DNA of 64,000 nt. It comes from Bdellovibrionales bacterium. GTDB lineage: Bacteria > Bdellovibrionota > Bdellovibrionia > Bdellovibrionales > JAUICD01. The notes under the pieces were generated by a model. It was not told the origin of the DNA. It worked only from the letters and a program-made list of their open reading frames with translations, and did not search any database. The position numbers were made by a program, and so were the translations under genes. The DNA lies in the NCBI GenBank assembly GCA_965262715.1, contig OZ253553.1, positions 2,080,001 to 2,144,000 on the forward strand. Reading direction: 5' to 3'. Below are positions 10,328 to 22,982 of this stretch, piece after piece (position 1 is the first letter of the stretch; every line of letters starts with the position of its first letter).

Positions 10328-10349
10328 AAAAAATAGTCAACTTTGTAAA

Positions 10350-10571
10350 GGTCTTGTTGTATAAAGTCTAAGATGAGATTTGTGACAGGCTTCTGAAGTA
10401 GGACTAGGCTAGCGGCTCAGGAGACAGGATTATATAAAATACTTTATTCTATAATAATAAAATCGTAAAATGAAAGCAGTGAAAGGCACGGGGGTTGCCT
10501 AAGGCCTACGGAAGAAGCCTGTCACAAATCTCTAGCACATAAACTAAAATTAATGTTTGTGCAGCAAAGCC
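10350..10571. mobile_element. IS903-group (IS5 family) MITE containing a family-D hairpin core (10375-10532)
   Basis: Ends ggtcttgttgtataaa / tttgtgcagcaaagcc resemble the IS903 TIR GGCTTTGTTG; inner 19-bp IR gagatttgtgacaggcttc/gaagcctgtcacaaatctc. Target duplication is degenerate. Confidence 0.75.
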
Positions 10572-10593
10572 ACTTTTTATTTAAACCAGTATA

Positions 10594-13095
10594 TTACTGT
10601 AGAACATGTCCTGTATACTGCGCCTTAAGACCTTTTACCGAAGTGGACGAGCTAGATTTAAAAAGCGTGCTAGCTTTTTTAATAGTAAGCGCATTGACTA
10701 GGACCTGATCAACATGATCAACAAGTACAATCTTAATATCCTTCATCACTTCCTTAGGAATATCTTTTAAGTCCTTCTCATTTTCCTTAGGACAGATCAC
10801 TGTTGTGATCTCACCTCTATGAGCTGCTAATATCTTTTCTTTTAATCCACCAATAGGTAAAACTCGCCCTCTTAAGGTAACCTCTCCTGTCATAGCAACT
10901 ATTTTTTTAACAGGAATTTTAGCAATAGCAGAAACAATACTAGTTACAATAGCAATCCCTGCAGAAGGACCATCCTTAGGAATAGCCCCTTCTGGAACAT
11001 GAACATGTACATCTACATCTTGATAAAACTCTTTTTCAAAACCAAACAAGGAACTGCGAGACCTCACATAACTCATAGCCGCGCTACAAGACTCTTTCAT
11101 CACATCTCCTAATTGACCAGTAATAATAAACTTTCCTTTACCTGGTATAACACTCACTTCAATAACTAAAAGATCTCCACCTGCCTCTGTCCAAGCCATT
11201 CCATTTGTTAATCCAATTTCATTTTGCTGCTCTGCTCTGGTATGTTTGTATTTTTGAGAGCCTAAAAACTCCTTAAGCTTTTTAGGTGTCACTATGTAAG
11301 ATTTGATTTTGTCTTTCTTACCTTCTTGCTCCTGCTTTGCCTTTTCTGATTGAACAGTAAGCTTTTCTTGATCTGCTAAAAATTCTCTAGCAAGTTTTCT
11401 ACATACTTTACTGATCTGGCGTTCTAAACTCCTAACTCCAGCTTCCCTCGTATAATCACGTATCATCAATTTCAAAGTTGAATCAGTGATATTTACTTTA
11501 AGATCCTTTAAGCCATGAGCAGACATCTGCTTTGGTATTAGGTATTTTTTAGCAATATGAAATTTTTCATTTTCTGTATAACCTTCTAAAAAAATCACTT
11601 CCATTCTATCAAGTAATGGTCGAGGAATAGTGTGAAGAGAGTTAGCTGTTGTAATAAACATAATTTTAGATAAGTCATACTCAATTTCTAAATAATGATC
11701 TTGAAATGTACCATTCTGCTCAGGATCTAAAACTTCTAATAATGCTGATGAAGGATCTCCACGAAAATCCATACTCATCTTATCTATCTCGTCTAGTAAA
11801 AAAAGAGGGTTGCTTGTACCAGCCCTTTTTAAAGATTGAATAATCTTACCTGGCATAGCTCCAACGTAAGTTCTGCGGTGCCCTCGAATTTCTGCTTCAT
11901 CTCTTACTCCACCTAAAGAAATTCTGACAAACTCTCTACCTAAAGCCTTTGAAATAGAATGACCTAAGCTTGTCTTTCCAACACCTGGAGGGCCCACAAA
12001 ACAAAGTATAGGACCCTTTGCTTCTCCCCTAAGTGTCTGTACAGCTAGATGCTCCACAATACGCTCTTTGACTGATTCTAATCCATAATGATCTTCTTCT
12101 AAGACTTTCTCAGCATTTTTGAGGTTATTTTTAGGTTTGGAATATTCACTCCAGGGAAGTGATAATATCCAATCCACATAATGCCTCATAACAGCAGCTT
12201 CTGCGCTGGTAGGAGACATCATTCTTAGTTTACGAAGTTCTTTTTTTGTCTTATCAGTAGCTTCTTTACTCATTTTTTTCTGATTTAAAAGGTTCTCTAG
12301 CTCTAAAACCTCATCCTGAAAGTCGTCCTTTTCCCCAAGCTCTTTTTGAATAGCTTGCATCTGTTCATTAAGATAATACTCTTTTTGAGATCTCTCCATT
12401 TGTTTGCGAACACGAGTGCGAATCTTCTTTTCTATCTCTAAAATCTCTATCTCACCAACAACCATGTTGAGAAGCTTCTCAAGACGTTTACCAGCATCAA
12501 AAATCTCTAATATCTTCTGCTTATCTTCAATTTTAAGATTTAGCTGGGCTGCAGTGATATCTGCAAGCTCACCGGGGTCATCTATAGTTGAAATTCTCAT
12601 AAGAATTTCTGGAGGAATAGATTTATTAAGCTTAACATAAGTTTCAAAAGCTGACTTAACTGATCGCATCAAAGCTTTCGTCTCTATAGGCTTATCAGAT
12701 TCATCCTCCATTAAATCAATATGTACCATAAAGTGCTTATCAGTTTTAATAAACTTTATAATTTTGGTTCTAGCTTTGCCCTCTATTAAAACCTTAACAG
12801 TGCCATCAGGAAGACGTAAAAGCTGAATAATGGAACCCCTTGTGCCAACTGTATAAATATCATTAGCATCAGGTTTATTTATTTTTGCATCCTTTTGAGC
12901 CGCAAGAATAATATCTGTCCTCTCATTCATAGCCATTTCAAGCGCATGAATACTCTTTTCTCTTCCTACAAAAAGTGGTATCATCATATGTGGGAAAACA
13001 ACCAAATCACGTAATGGTAGGAGAGGGAATGCTGTTGAACCTTCATCCTCTTGAGTATGAAGTTGATGAGTGTCACTTTCTGGTTTGTCTGTCAT
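10594..13095 (-). CDS. lon: Lon ATP-dependent protease
   Basis: LPLRD N-domain, [16 protein letters not shown] catalytic Ser motif. Confidence 0.99.
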   Translation of the reverse strand: MTDKPESDTHQLHTQEDEGSTAFPLLPLRDLVVFPHMMIPLFVGREKSIHALEMAMNERTDIILAAQKDAKINKPDANDIYTVGTRGSIIQLLRLPDGTVKVLIEGKARTKIIKFIKTDKHFMVHIDLMEDESDKPIETKALMRSVKSAFETYVKLNKSIPPEILMRISTIDDPGELADITAAQLNLKIEDKQKILEIFDAGKRLEKLLNMVVGEIEILEIEKKIRTRVRKQMERSQKEYYLNEQMQAIQKELGEKDDFQDEVLELENLLNQKKMSKEATDKTKKELRKLRMMSPTSAEAAVMRHYVDWILSLPWSEYSKPKNNLKNAEKVLEEDHYGLESVKERIVEHLAVQTLRGEAKGPILCFVGPPGVGKTSLGHSISKALGREFVRISLGGVRDEAEIRGHRRTYVGAMPGKIIQSLKRAGTSNPLFLLDEIDKMSMDFRGDPSSALLEVLDPEQNGTFQDHYLEIEYDLSKIMFITTANSLHTIPRPLLDRMEVIFLEGYTENEKFHIAKKYLIPKQMSAHGLKDLKVNITDSTLKLMIRDYTREAGVRSLERQISKVCRKLAREFLADQEKLTVQSEKAKQEQEGKKDKIKSYIVTPKKLKEFLGSQKYKHTRAEQQNEIGLTNGMAWTEAGGDLLVIEVSVIPGKGKFIITGQLGDVMKESCSAAMSYVRSRSSLFGFEKEFYQDVDVHVHVPEGAIPKDGPSAGIAIVTSIVSAIAKIPVKKIVAMTGEVTLRGRVLPIGGLKEKILAAHRGEITTVICPKENEKDLKDIPKEVMKDIKIVLVDHVDQVLVNALTIKKASTLFKSSSSTSVKGLKAQYTGHVLQ

Positions 13096-13178
13096 ATATC
13101 CACCTGTTTTTTATATAATATAATAATATATGATCATTTATTTCTACTTCATTTTTTATTTTTAATTTGTAGCGTGAA

Positions 13179-14465
13179 CTAAGCCGACTCCTCTTTTATT
13201 TTAACTTTTTTTATTCCTTCATCTTTTTCGTCTTTTACAATTATTTTAGGCTTTTTGCGTAACGTGATCACATCTTTACTAATTATAACCTCTTTTATAT
13301 TCGTCTTGGAAGGCATTTCATACATAATATCTAACATGGCTTCTTCCATAACACTTCTAAGCCCTCTTGCTTCCACCTTACGTCTTGTTGCTTCTTGAGC
13401 AATTGCTTTTAAAGCCCCCTCTGTAAAATGCAAAATAACATCTTCAAAACTAAAGAGCTTTTTAAATTGTTTTGTAAGAGCATTCTTAGGTTTAACCAAA
13501 ATATCTATAAGAGCCTCTTCATCTAGAGATGCCAATGTAGCTATGACTGGCAAACGACCTATAAACTCTGGAATAAGGCCAAATTTAGTTAGATCATCAG
13601 GTTGAACTTTTGAAAAGAATTTTTCCATATTTTTCTTAGCTTCTTCTTTATCTTGCACATCTGCTGCCAAACCCATAGTTTTATTTGTTGTTCGTGCTTC
13701 AATGATTTTCTCTAGACCAACAAAGGCTCCACCACAAATAAAAAGAATGTTTGTTGTATCCACTTGAATAAAATCTTGTTGAGGGTGTTTTCTACCACCT
13801 TTAGGAGGAAGATTAGCAACTGTACCTTCTAATATTTTCAAAAGTGCTTGCTGAACACCTTCTCCACTCACATCTCTTGTAATAGAAGGGTTTTCAGATT
13901 TTCTAGTGATTTTATCTATTTCATCGATATAAATCACTCCATGTTGAGCTCTATCCACATTGTAGTCTGCAGCTTGTAGAAGGTTAAGGACAATGTTTTC
14001 CACATCTTCTCCTACATACCCAGCCTCTGTAAGGGTAGTTGCATCTGCCATAGCAAAAGGAACTTTAAGAAATCTAGCAATAGTTTGAGCCAGTAGTGTT
14101 TTTCCAGATCCTGTAGGGCCAATTAACAAAATATTACTCTTAGAAAGCTCTGTTGTATCATTCTTTCTGGTATTTTTTAAAGAAGTAATGCGTTTATAGT
14201 GATTATGTACAGCCACAGAAAGAGTTTTTTTTGCTCTTTCTTGACCAATGACATAATCATCTAAAAAACCTCTAATTTCCCTAGGTTTTGGAATATTTAG
14301 AAATTCAGAAGTGATATCTATTTTTTCTTTTTCCTCTGCAATAATCTCATTGCAAAGCTCAATACACTCGTCACAAATGTAAACTCCAGCACCTGCAATT
14401 AACTTCTTCACCTCTTTTTGTGTCTTTTCACAAAAACTACAAGTCAGCTTATAATTATTTGTCAT
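13179..14465 (-). CDS. clpX: ClpX ATPase
   Basis: CSFC zinc finger, [22 protein letters not shown]. Confidence 0.99.
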   Translation of the reverse strand: MTNNYKLTCSFCEKTQKEVKKLIAGAGVYICDECIELCNEIIAEEKEKIDITSEFLNIPKPREIRGFLDDYVIGQERAKKTLSVAVHNHYKRITSLKNTRKNDTTELSKSNILLIGPTGSGKTLLAQTIARFLKVPFAMADATTLTEAGYVGEDVENIVLNLLQAADYNVDRAQHGVIYIDEIDKITRKSENPSITRDVSGEGVQQALLKILEGTVANLPPKGGRKHPQQDFIQVDTTNILFICGGAFVGLEKIIEARTTNKTMGLAADVQDKEEAKKNMEKFFSKVQPDDLTKFGLIPEFIGRLPVIATLASLDEEALIDILVKPKNALTKQFKKLFSFEDVILHFTEGALKAIAQEATRRKVEARGLRSVMEEAMLDIMYEMPSKTNIKEVIISKDVITLRKKPKIIVKDEKDEGIKKVKIKEESA

Positions 14466-15081
14466 GATTTCCTTCCTCTTTCTTTTTTCTACTACGGTTT
14501 TTAATCACTGAATCAATCAAACCAAAGTTCTTGGCCTGCTCTGGAGATAAAAAGAAATCTCTATCCATACACTTTTCTAACTCATGAAACTCTTTACCTG
14601 TATGTTTAACATAGATTTGAGTTAACGCACTTTTTGTATCAATAAGATCTTTTGCATGAATCTCTACATCACTAGCTTGCCCAGAAAGACCAGAACCTCC
14701 AACTAAAGGTTGGTGCATCATAATTTTAGAATGAGGTAGAGCATAACGCTTACCTTTTGTTCCTGCAGAAAGAAGTAATGACCCCATACTTGCTGAAAGA
14801 CCAATACAATAAGTGGCAATATCACACTTTACAAATTGCATAATATCATAAATACCTAGACCAGCAGATACACTCCCGCCAGGAGAATTGATATAAAGCT
14901 GTATATCTTTTTCAGGACTTTCCATCTCTAAAAAAAGCATCTGAGCAATCACCAAATTGGCTATCTCATCCACAATAGGAGTCCCAATGAAAATGATGCG
15001 ATCTTTTAAAAGTCTTGAGTAAATATCATAACTGCGCTCACCTTTAGAGGTTTGCTCTATTACAAAAGGAACAAGTGTCAA
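14455..15081 (-). CDS. clpP: ClpP protease subunit
   Basis: [33 protein letters not shown]. Confidence 0.99.
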   Translation of the reverse strand: MTLVPFVIEQTSKGERSYDIYSRLLKDRIIFIGTPIVDEIANLVIAQMLFLEMESPEKDIQLYINSPGGSVSAGLGIYDIMQFVKCDIATYCIGLSASMGSLLLSAGTKGKRYALPHSKIMMHQPLVGGSGLSGQASDVEIHAKDLIDTKSALTQIYVKHTGKEFHELEKCMDRDFFLSPEQAKNFGLIDSVIKNRSRKKKEEGNHDK

Positions 15082-15545
15082 AATAAATCTCCTTTAATCC
15101 ATTAAGTGCCACTTTTAAGTTAATGCAGCTGGCCCGTCATTATATTTATCTTTACTCATTTGCTATTCGTATTCTCAGCTTCTATATACTGTTAACATTA
15201 TTATTATAATTGTAAAAATTATTTTTTACATACTTCTTTTATTTTTTATTGCACACCTGCTAAATTTTCTATTACATTTAAATAGTTCGTTAAAAAGAAT
15301 CTAAAGAAATTGACCTTTCATATCTTATCGGTTTTTGTCTAAGAGTTTATAATCTTTGTTCAATATTACTTATACACTATCTTCTCATAATTTCACACAC
15401 ATGAATACAATGTACCACTTAGAAACATCTAACTTCTTTAAATATAAGAGTACTTATCCTTATTTGACCTATAATGAAATGAATTAAAAAATATTTAACA
15501 CTTAAAAAAAACAAAAAGCATATAATCTATAAATACTTATAACTA

Positions 15546-16928
15546 TCAAGACCCATCAGAAGCAGTGTCCAATCCTCGTCTTCTAAGTTCACTTTGAATA
15601 ATATCAGCGTATTGACCGCCCTTTGGATCATCAAATAACTGTCTTGCTAGGCCAATAACCCGAACTCCAGCTGTTTCGAACGTGTCATCAAAGTGTAAAA
15701 TAGGTAAATGCTCTGTAAAAAGTCTTAAAATATCACTTTCCTCAGTATTTTCATGTTTATAAATTTCCCACCAAATACTGTTATAAAGTACACCCGCCAT
15801 ATGTATTTCGCCTGGACCTTTATGACTGGTACAGTTACTAAAAACCTGCTGTGCATTTGCATTTTTTGTTGCTGAATCAGCAGCACTTCTAGATAGCCCA
15901 CCACCAGGAAAACAACCTGATATCCCTGATGTACTATTTTGAAACATCTCCCCCATCTCAGTGCTACTTGGAAATAAAATAGCTGCATGAAAATCAGCCT
16001 GACCTTCATCGATAGCAAAAAAACAGCCTTTCTCATTAGAACAACACCTTGAAGCTTCCAATATTTCTTCTTCAGATAAGTCACATAGAGACTTTCTGCT
16101 CTCGCAAGATACATGAGTTTGACACCCTGATTCTAAGCCTTCTCTAAGACCACCAATAGAATGAAATATATTGGCATGTCCCGCCTCATGGATAATGATT
16201 TCAGCACTAAGCCCGATTCCAATAGGAGGATCACAAGAAGGTGGATTTGACGTGAGATCACAAATAAGACCTAGCGCAATTTTATTTTCTAATGGACTAA
16301 AATAGGCCTCAAAAGGATTAGAAGAAAAGGCAGTTACTTTAACACCTTTCTCTGAAGCATAAAAGTTCGATGTATTTTCCTTCATCCAATCATGCTGATA
16401 CATAAGCCAATAATAACTCATCACCTGTTCTACAGAATAATCTCCATCACTATACGGTGTTGTCCATTTGCCATTAGAAAGTTTAACTCTTTGAATAGCA
16501 TCAGATATTGAATTAAGATATGGTGAACTGATTATAAGAGGACCTATATCTATATTTACAATAGAGTGGATCATTGTATCTATAACACCAATATCTCCAG
16601 TATTTCCTATATCTATATCAAAATGACTATTTTTAAGCAGTTCATCTTCAGTACCTGTAATTTGAACAGCAAAGGTCTGCACAGCAGTCAACTGTGAGAG
16701 AGCATCGCCATTACGGTTTATAATGTTACCACTTTGAGCTATAGGATTTTTTTTATAAATACAAGCATTGTAATTGGGGTTTTCATTACAATCCTCTATG
16801 ATTTGTCCACCAGGAATATTACCTACATTATCTACTCCTCCTCCTGGATTAGAGTTAACAGTTTGTGGAGTGTACCGACAACTCAAGCACATTAAGGAAA
16901 GAAAAATAAACATTAACTTAAAAAGCAT
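15546..16928 (-). CDS. Lipoprotein zinc metallopeptidase (gluzincin, M4/M36-like)
   Basis: Start moved to ATG 16928 (lipobox LMCLSC); AEIIIHEAGHA, AIDEGQADF and GEIHMAG motifs. Confidence 0.7.
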   Translation of the reverse strand: MLFKLMFIFLSLMCLSCRYTPQTVNSNPGGGVDNVGNIPGGQIIEDCNENPNYNACIYKKNPIAQSGNIINRNGDALSQLTAVQTFAVQITGTEDELLKNSHFDIDIGNTGDIGVIDTMIHSIVNIDIGPLIISSPYLNSISDAIQRVKLSNGKWTTPYSDGDYSVEQVMSYYWLMYQHDWMKENTSNFYASEKGVKVTAFSSNPFEAYFSPLENKIALGLICDLTSNPPSCDPPIGIGLSAEIIIHEAGHANIFHSIGGLREGLESGCQTHVSCESRKSLCDLSEEEILEASRCCSNEKGCFFAIDEGQADFHAAILFPSSTEMGEMFQNSTSGISGCFPGGGLSRSAADSATKNANAQQVFSNCTSHKGPGEIHMAGVLYNSIWWEIYKHENTEESDILRLFTEHLPILHFDDTFETAGVRVIGLARQLFDDPKGGQYADIIQSELRRRGLDTASDGS

Positions 16929-17173
16929 TTTTTGAATACTTAAAAAACGTAACAAATAACTTATTTGCTTATTACAAAATAAGGCTTGTTTTATTGATTT
17001 TCGTTTTTTTCTTAACAACATGGGCCTTCTGTTCACGACTAATGTTACTTTCTAGCCAAAAAAATCAAAGATGCTTAGGGACAAAGATGAATATAGAAAA
17101 TTTAAAAAAAATAAAGTTAATACAAACACTTCTTTTACTTTTTCGGTAAAAAAACCGAAGTTATTAAATGTTT

Positions 17174-17836
17174 TTTCACTCAAAATGGGCTATTTCACTA
17201 AAACGCATCTCGCCTCTGGCGACTTTCTGGCAGTAAGCCTGAAGGCTCACGCCTTCAGCAAGTAGCTTACTGCCTAGAAAGCCTGATGCATTTTAGTAAA
17301 GAGAACATCCTCATTATCTCACATAATGTTAGGGAAATCGTTGTTGTTTATGAAGGCTTACGCCTTCAGTAAAAAGCTGACTACCTCAAAAATCCGTTTA
17401 TTTTTAGGAAGGAGATACTGCTTGTTTTTTACATCATGTTAAGGGAAATATTTTTATTTCTTTTTTTCTTCCAAGTCCTGGCGGGTTTAATAAAGGAGAA
17501 AATTTTTATGACAATGCCAAAATGCATGAAGCAACTGATGTGAAGGAAAGTTTCCTCTTATCTTCTCCTCTCCCTATAAATCATAGCTTCAAAGATTTTT
17601 TCATTGTTTTGCTGTACCACTAAAAATAAACTGGCCTCTGTTTCACTAAAAATGAACCAGCCTCTCGAGGCGAGCCTCTGGCTGTTTTTGGCCAATCAGC
17701 ATGAAGGTCTTCCGCCTTCATAAAATGCTGATTGCCTCAAAAACCTGTTCATTTTTAGGGGGGGAGACTCCCCTCTTTATTTAACAAAATGTTAAGGAAA
17801 TCGTTGACTAAGTTTTTCACTCAAAATGCCACTTAT
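17174..17836 (+). repeat. Cluster of family-A elements and stubs
   Basis: Full copies at 17192-17338 and 17640-17801, 3' half at 17350-17449, tail without B at ~17545-17610, and 5' stubs ending in CT at 17174-17191 and 17617-17639. Confidence 0.88.
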
Positions 17837-18035
17837 CTCCGGCAGGCAGGCAATCAAGGCAGTCCGGAAAACAGTATCTGGCAACAGCTTCCGGGTACGG
17901 TATGCCGGATTGCCAACTTGCTCGTTTCCCAGAAAAATAAAAATCTACTTTTTTAAATGTACATCATGCCTTATTTCAGATAAGTTAAGAAAACTAAAGC
18001 TCCAATAACAAACCAAAAAGGGAAATAAACACATA

Positions 18036-18932
18036 ATGAAAAAACAATTGAAAATAGGGCTTAAGTTTACAAAATCAGGGATTGTTTTTTTCTCCTATAT
18101 TTGCTCTCTTATAGGGTATTTTTTAGGACAACTTCCTGGCCAGTCCTTTTCATTTTCTCACTTTATATTGTTTTCTATAGGGTTTGTTCTTTTGGCGGGG
18201 GGAAGCTGTGCCTTAAACCAAGTGCAAGAATCTGAACTAGATGCAAAAATGCCTCGAACCCGCAAGAGGCCTATTCCATCAGGTCAACTCTCATGGATTT
18301 TAGGATTTCGTATCAGTCTATGGATGCTCACTTTTGGACTTGTCATTTTGTTCACACTAAAACCTCTTATAGCTACTATTGGAGTCTTCACTCTTATTCT
18401 TTATAATGGCTTCTATACCTTGTGGTGGAAACCTTATATGACCTTTGGAGCCGTACTTGGAGCTGTTCCAGGAGCTATGCCTGTATTGATTGGTTATTTT
18501 GCAACAAGGGACCTAGCAGCTCTTGGTATAGAATGCGTTTATCTCTTTTTAATTCTATTTTTATGGCAAATGCCTCATTTTTGGTCATTAGCCATTAAAT
18601 ACACTGAAGATTACAAAAAAGCTGGAATTCCTGTTTTACCTGCCAAGCTTGGCAAACAGCGCACTTTCTATCACATAGGATTATATTTATTCACTTATAT
18701 TGCAGTGGCTATAGGATCACCTTGGTTTGTAGATGCGCATTTTTTTTACATAGTGTTAGTTTTCCCATTCAGCGCAATTTTGATTTATGAATTTTTTCGA
18801 TTTGCTAAAGCATCAACTCATTGGCTGCGGTTTTTTCTATGGGTCAATGCGAGTTTATTTGCTTTTTTAATCGCCCCTGTCATGGATAGATGGCTTGGCA
18901 CCATCATCAGATCTTACGACCTTCAATGGTGA
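18036..18932 (+). CDS. cyoE: Protoheme IX farnesyltransferase (heme O synthase)
   Basis: ALNQ..E..LDAKMPRTRKRPIPSG, GA.PGA.P.LIG, LWQMPHFWSLA..Y.EDY.KAG.P.LP. Confidence 0.95.
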   Translation: MKKQLKIGLKFTKSGIVFFSYICSLIGYFLGQLPGQSFSFSHFILFSIGFVLLAGGSCALNQVQESELDAKMPRTRKRPIPSGQLSWILGFRISLWMLTFGLVILFTLKPLIATIGVFTLILYNGFYTLWWKPYMTFGAVLGAVPGAMPVLIGYFATRDLAALGIECVYLFLILFLWQMPHFWSLAIKYTEDYKKAGIPVLPAKLGKQRTFYHIGLYLFTYIAVAIGSPWFVDAHFFYIVLVFPFSAILIYEFFRFAKASTHWLRFFLWVNASLFAFLIAPVMDRWLGTIIRSYDLQW

Positions 18933-18951
18933 TTGTTACTAAAGATGAGTT

Positions 18952-19548
18952 CTATATAATTTCAAAAATACCAAACTCTGGATCAACACATTCAAGACGT
19001 TCCTCATCTAAACGACGACAATTTAAATCTTCTACTTAAAAGTCACGTCTTCTTTCTCTTTGACCTCTATTTTTAACAATTCTTATGATAGACCTTCCTC
19101 TTCTTTCATATTCTGCACAACGAACGTATGTCCATTCTCTTTTTCTGACTCTACTAAAAATACTTTCAAGATGAGAAAAATGAAGATAATTATGATCCAC
19201 TCTTTGCCCATTTAAGTGAAAAGTTGAAGCATGAGGCACATGATTTTGTGTTATATTGTTATTGGTTAGCACTCTATAATGACTTCTGAGCATACTTTTA
19301 AAGTTTTCTAATTCTGGAGTCATAGATATTTCAAATTGGCCTAATCGAGAGGGTTGATTTGCCTCTTGAGGGTCAATCTGAAAAACATTTGTGACCAATC
19401 CAACAACAGTTTTTTGAAAGACTAGAGAGACTTGATCTAGATTTCTAGAATGGGATACATCCATCTTCAAGATAACAGTTTCAACAAAGACTTCTGTTAC
19501 AATACCTGCACTCATCAAAATAAAAAATAATGTCAGTAAAACTTTATC
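18952..19548 (-). pseudogene. Decaying secreted hypothetical gene
   Basis: ORF 19036..19518 continues in frame past its TAA (VEDLNCRRLDEERLECVDPEFGIFEII* to 18952). The in-frame signal-like stretch upstream lacks an ATG. Confidence 0.4.
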
Positions 19549-19695
19549 GGAAAAACTTTAGATTTATTGAATGATTCTAATAGTTTTCAAACTTAAACTT
19601 GAAGACCTTTACTTCATTGAACAAAGCAAGTTTGTACAAGATAAAACCTAAGCACTGCTTTAGATATTTCAACTAAAAATCAACTACCCTTCTCC

Positions 19696-19764
19696 TGACT
19701 AATATAAAGTTTGATTTTATATTAGTCATAAGTTATTTTATATAAATGTCGACTAATATAAAGT
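19696..19764. promoter_or_regulatory. Operator-like inverted repeat plus direct copy upstream of the AAA gene
   Basis: tgactaatataaa...tttatattagtca (19696-19728) and gactaatataaagt repeated at 19751-19764. Confidence 0.5.
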
Positions 19765-19794
19765 AAGCTAACAGGCTAGTTTAAGAGGTCTTTT

Positions 19795-21011
19795 ATGTAT
19801 ATTAAACGTTCTCTTTCAAAAACCATACGTAGAACTAGTCAGAGCTTTAAGGTTCTATTATTAACAGGTCCAAGGCAAGTTGGTAAAACAACTTTACTTA
19901 AAAAATTACAAAAAATCGTTCTTACATTTCATTAGATGATAAAGATGCTTGTATCTCTGCCAATGAAGATCCAGCAGGATTTACTGATCGCTTAAAACTT
20001 CCTGTCCTTATTGATGAAGTGCAATATGCTCCCAACTTGTTTTCTTACATTAAGCTGATTGTTGACCAAACTAAAAAAACTGGTCTCTTCTGGCTTACAG
20101 GCTCTCAAGAGTTTTCCATGATGAAAAATGTCTCAGAATCACTTGCTGGACGAATTGCTATTCTAGATATCCAAGGCATTTCTCTTTCAGAAGATGAAGG
20201 AAGACCACAAACACCACCTTTTATTCCAAAACTTGATTGTTTGAAGCATAGACAAAAAATAGCTAAATCTCTTTCTCTTGAAGATATTTATTTTAAAATA
20301 TGGCGTGGCTCATATCCACATGTGGTTTTAGATAGTGGTAAGACATGGCAAACTTTTTATGAATCCTATATCACAACTTATATTGAACGTGATGTTCGAG
20401 ATTATTTAAAAGTCGATAATCTTATTGCTTTTCGTAAATTCATGCAAATTGCAGCTAGTCGCACTGGACAGATATTAAAATATAGAGATATCTCTAAAGA
20501 AACCAGTATTAGTCAGCCCACCATTAAGTCATGGTTCAATGTTTTGCAGGCAACTGGTATTATTAAACTTATTCATCCTTATTTTAACAATATCACAAAA
20601 CGTCTATTAAAAACTCCCAAACTTTATTTTATGGACACAGGTCTTTGTTGTTTTTTAACAAAATGGGTAACACCAGAAGTTCTTGAAAATGGCGCAATGG
20701 CTGGTTCTATTTTAGAAACCTACGTGATATCTGAAATTATTAAATCTTATATTCACAATGGCATCTCACCTCACCTTTATTATTATGCTGATAAAGAAAA
20801 ACATGAAACTGACTTGCTGATTGAACAGGAAGGATATCTTTATCCTATAGAAATAAAAAAGTCAGCTTCAATCCATAGTTCAGCTTTTAAAGGATTTGAT
20901 CACCTTAAGAAATTAAAAGTTCCTATTGGCCATGGTTGTGTCCTTTGCTTTCAAAAAAACTTACTCCCTTATAAACGTAATATTGATATTGTTCCAATAG
21001 GTTATATATAA
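19795..21011 (+). pseudogene. AAA_14/DUF4143 ATP-binding protein, frameshifted
   Basis: ATG 19795 gives MYIKR...LTGPRQVGKTTLL (Walker A) in one frame. Walker B (LIDEVQ), TGS and KTPKLYFMDTGL lie in another frame. The shift is in the A-run near 19910-19915. Confidence 0.85.
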
Positions 21012-21306
21012 TAGAACTGGTCTCAAAAATAAGTTTTTGCATTATACAACACAAATTAAGAATTAAAACAATAAACCCTCGTTGTTCCGGGATACTGTAA
21101 TCCGGCAGCCTGGCAATCAGTTTCCATGACCAGTTTCCTGGATTGCCTGACTGTCAGACTCCCGGAAAAAGTTTGAAACTTGAACTTTTATTGAAGAGTA
21201 AGGGACATAGGTAACACTTTTTCATTAAAACAGGCAAAAGATTTATTTTGAGAGACAGAGATAATAAAAACATGCTATACCATCATTATGCAGAGGGGGG
21301 CACACA

Positions 21307-22851
21307 TTGAACTTTAAACAAACTTTGTCCATCTTATGGACTCTTTTTTTATTGTTACAACTATCATACTTCAATCCATCCTATGCTGTTGAAAAATCTA
21401 AAAACGTCAAAGTCCATCAAAAAAGAGAAGAACCTTTGACTTTGGATTTTGTTTTAACAGAAGCTGTAAAAAATTCTGATAGATTTAAAGAGGTAATTTC
21501 TAAATCTTATGCCATAAAAAAAGAAGAATATTTATCCAAAATACCTACAGACATTAATCTTAGATCTCAAGTTGGTCGAAGATTTAATTCGTCATCTTCT
21601 AGAGCTATTGGGCGACCTCCAACAAATTTATTTAATTCTTCCAATCCTTATTTTAATTCAATGAGCCAAAGAAAAGGTTATTATTATAATCTACAAACAG
21701 ATACTTATTTTCAAACAGGAACAAAAGCTATTTTAAGTTTTAATAACAATAAATACTCTGATGCCTCTTCTCATGAATCACAAGCGCAATTTACAATCTC
21801 TCAATCTCTTCTTAAAGATGCCTTTGGTTATCAAACAAGGAAGCTCAGACAAGCCGGAAGACTGACCAGCAAGGCTAATGAAGAATCTTTGGCTTTAGAT
21901 ATTGAGAGGTGGGCATTAGATGTTATAGATGTTTATTACAGAGCATGGCAACTCCACTCCGAGGTTCAAGCAGCCCAAAATAATTTATCAAGTAGAAGAA
22001 GATTACTTAATATCACAAAAATCAAACTAAGAAGAGGGACAGTTGAAAGATCAGACCTCCTTCAAGTAGAAGGCACTCTGTTAGAAGCTCAAATCAGATT
22101 AAACTCTGCAAGAGAAGGCCTTATGAATATATGGAGAGATCTTGTTATTCAGCTAAAATTACCTGAGAGTTGGCTAGATTATGATCCTCTACAAATTCAA
22201 ATGTCACTAGATTCTACCCATGACTTACAGGACTGTAATATTAAAGACTACCCAAAGACATCCACAGAAACTAAGTATTGGGAATATTTAAGGGATGCAA
22301 GTCTTCTAAAAAAGAAGAGCGCAAAAAATGCCTTCTTACCAGATTTGCAACTGACACTTGGACTTTCTAGCACCAGTCGAGAAGATTCATCTACCTTTGA
22401 AAAGCCAACTGGTTCTATAGGACTTGCATTTGAAATGCCACTTTCTCATTTTAAAGAAAAAGCTGAATTATCAGAGACTCTTGCCAATTATGCCAAAGCT
22501 TCCGCAATCACTTCCTTTCTTCATGGACAAGATCAAATTCAATGGATCAATAACTGCTCTTATTTTAAGCACCTAAAAAATGTTATAAACTTACGTTATG
22601 AAAATTTAAAAAAGCAAAGAGAAAGAAATTCTTTAGATGAAAGGCGCTACAGGTTAGGACGTATGTCCTTATTAGAAATCATTCAATCTGGAGATGAAGC
22701 TATTAATAGCCAACTATTATGGGATCAATCTCAAGTGGACCTCAAACTCAACTCATGGCAAATGCAACAAGCATCTGGTCAATTAAGACAGTTTATTACA
22801 AAAATTCAAGCGCAATTAGAAGAACAACAGACTTCAAAAGCTCGTCAATAA
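21307..22851 (+). CDS. TolC-family outer membrane efflux protein
   Basis: Signal peptide; OEP repeats (ISQSLL, Y..G....DLLQ, YRLGRMSLLE); adjacent to an RND gene. Confidence 0.85.
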   Translation: MNFKQTLSILWTLFLLLQLSYFNPSYAVEKSKNVKVHQKREEPLTLDFVLTEAVKNSDRFKEVISKSYAIKKEEYLSKIPTDINLRSQVGRRFNSSSSRAIGRPPTNLFNSSNPYFNSMSQRKGYYYNLQTDTYFQTGTKAILSFNNNKYSDASSHESQAQFTISQSLLKDAFGYQTRKLRQAGRLTSKANEESLALDIERWALDVIDVYYRAWQLHSEVQAAQNNLSSRRRLLNITKIKLRRGTVERSDLLQVEGTLLEAQIRLNSAREGLMNIWRDLVIQLKLPESWLDYDPLQIQMSLDSTHDLQDCNIKDYPKTSTETKYWEYLRDASLLKKKSAKNAFLPDLQLTLGLSSTSREDSSTFEKPTGSIGLAFEMPLSHFKEKAELSETLANYAKASAITSFLHGQDQIQWINNCSYFKHLKNVINLRYENLKKQRERNSLDERRYRLGRMSLLEIIQSGDEAINSQLLWDQSQVDLKLNSWQMQQASGQLRQFITKIQAQLEEQQTSKARQ

Positions 22852-22982
22852 GCCATTTTTCTAAAAAATAAGTGTCAAAACTTAAAATAATACTTACTGA
22901 TTTTGATCTTTGGATGTATAATACACCTAAAAGTGCCTCCTTATTCACATCATAGATATAAAATCAAAGAAATGAGTTTGAA

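Noticed and set aside
15082..15545. Missing tig upstream of clpP
   Set aside because: Common rearrangement; no tig remnant visible.
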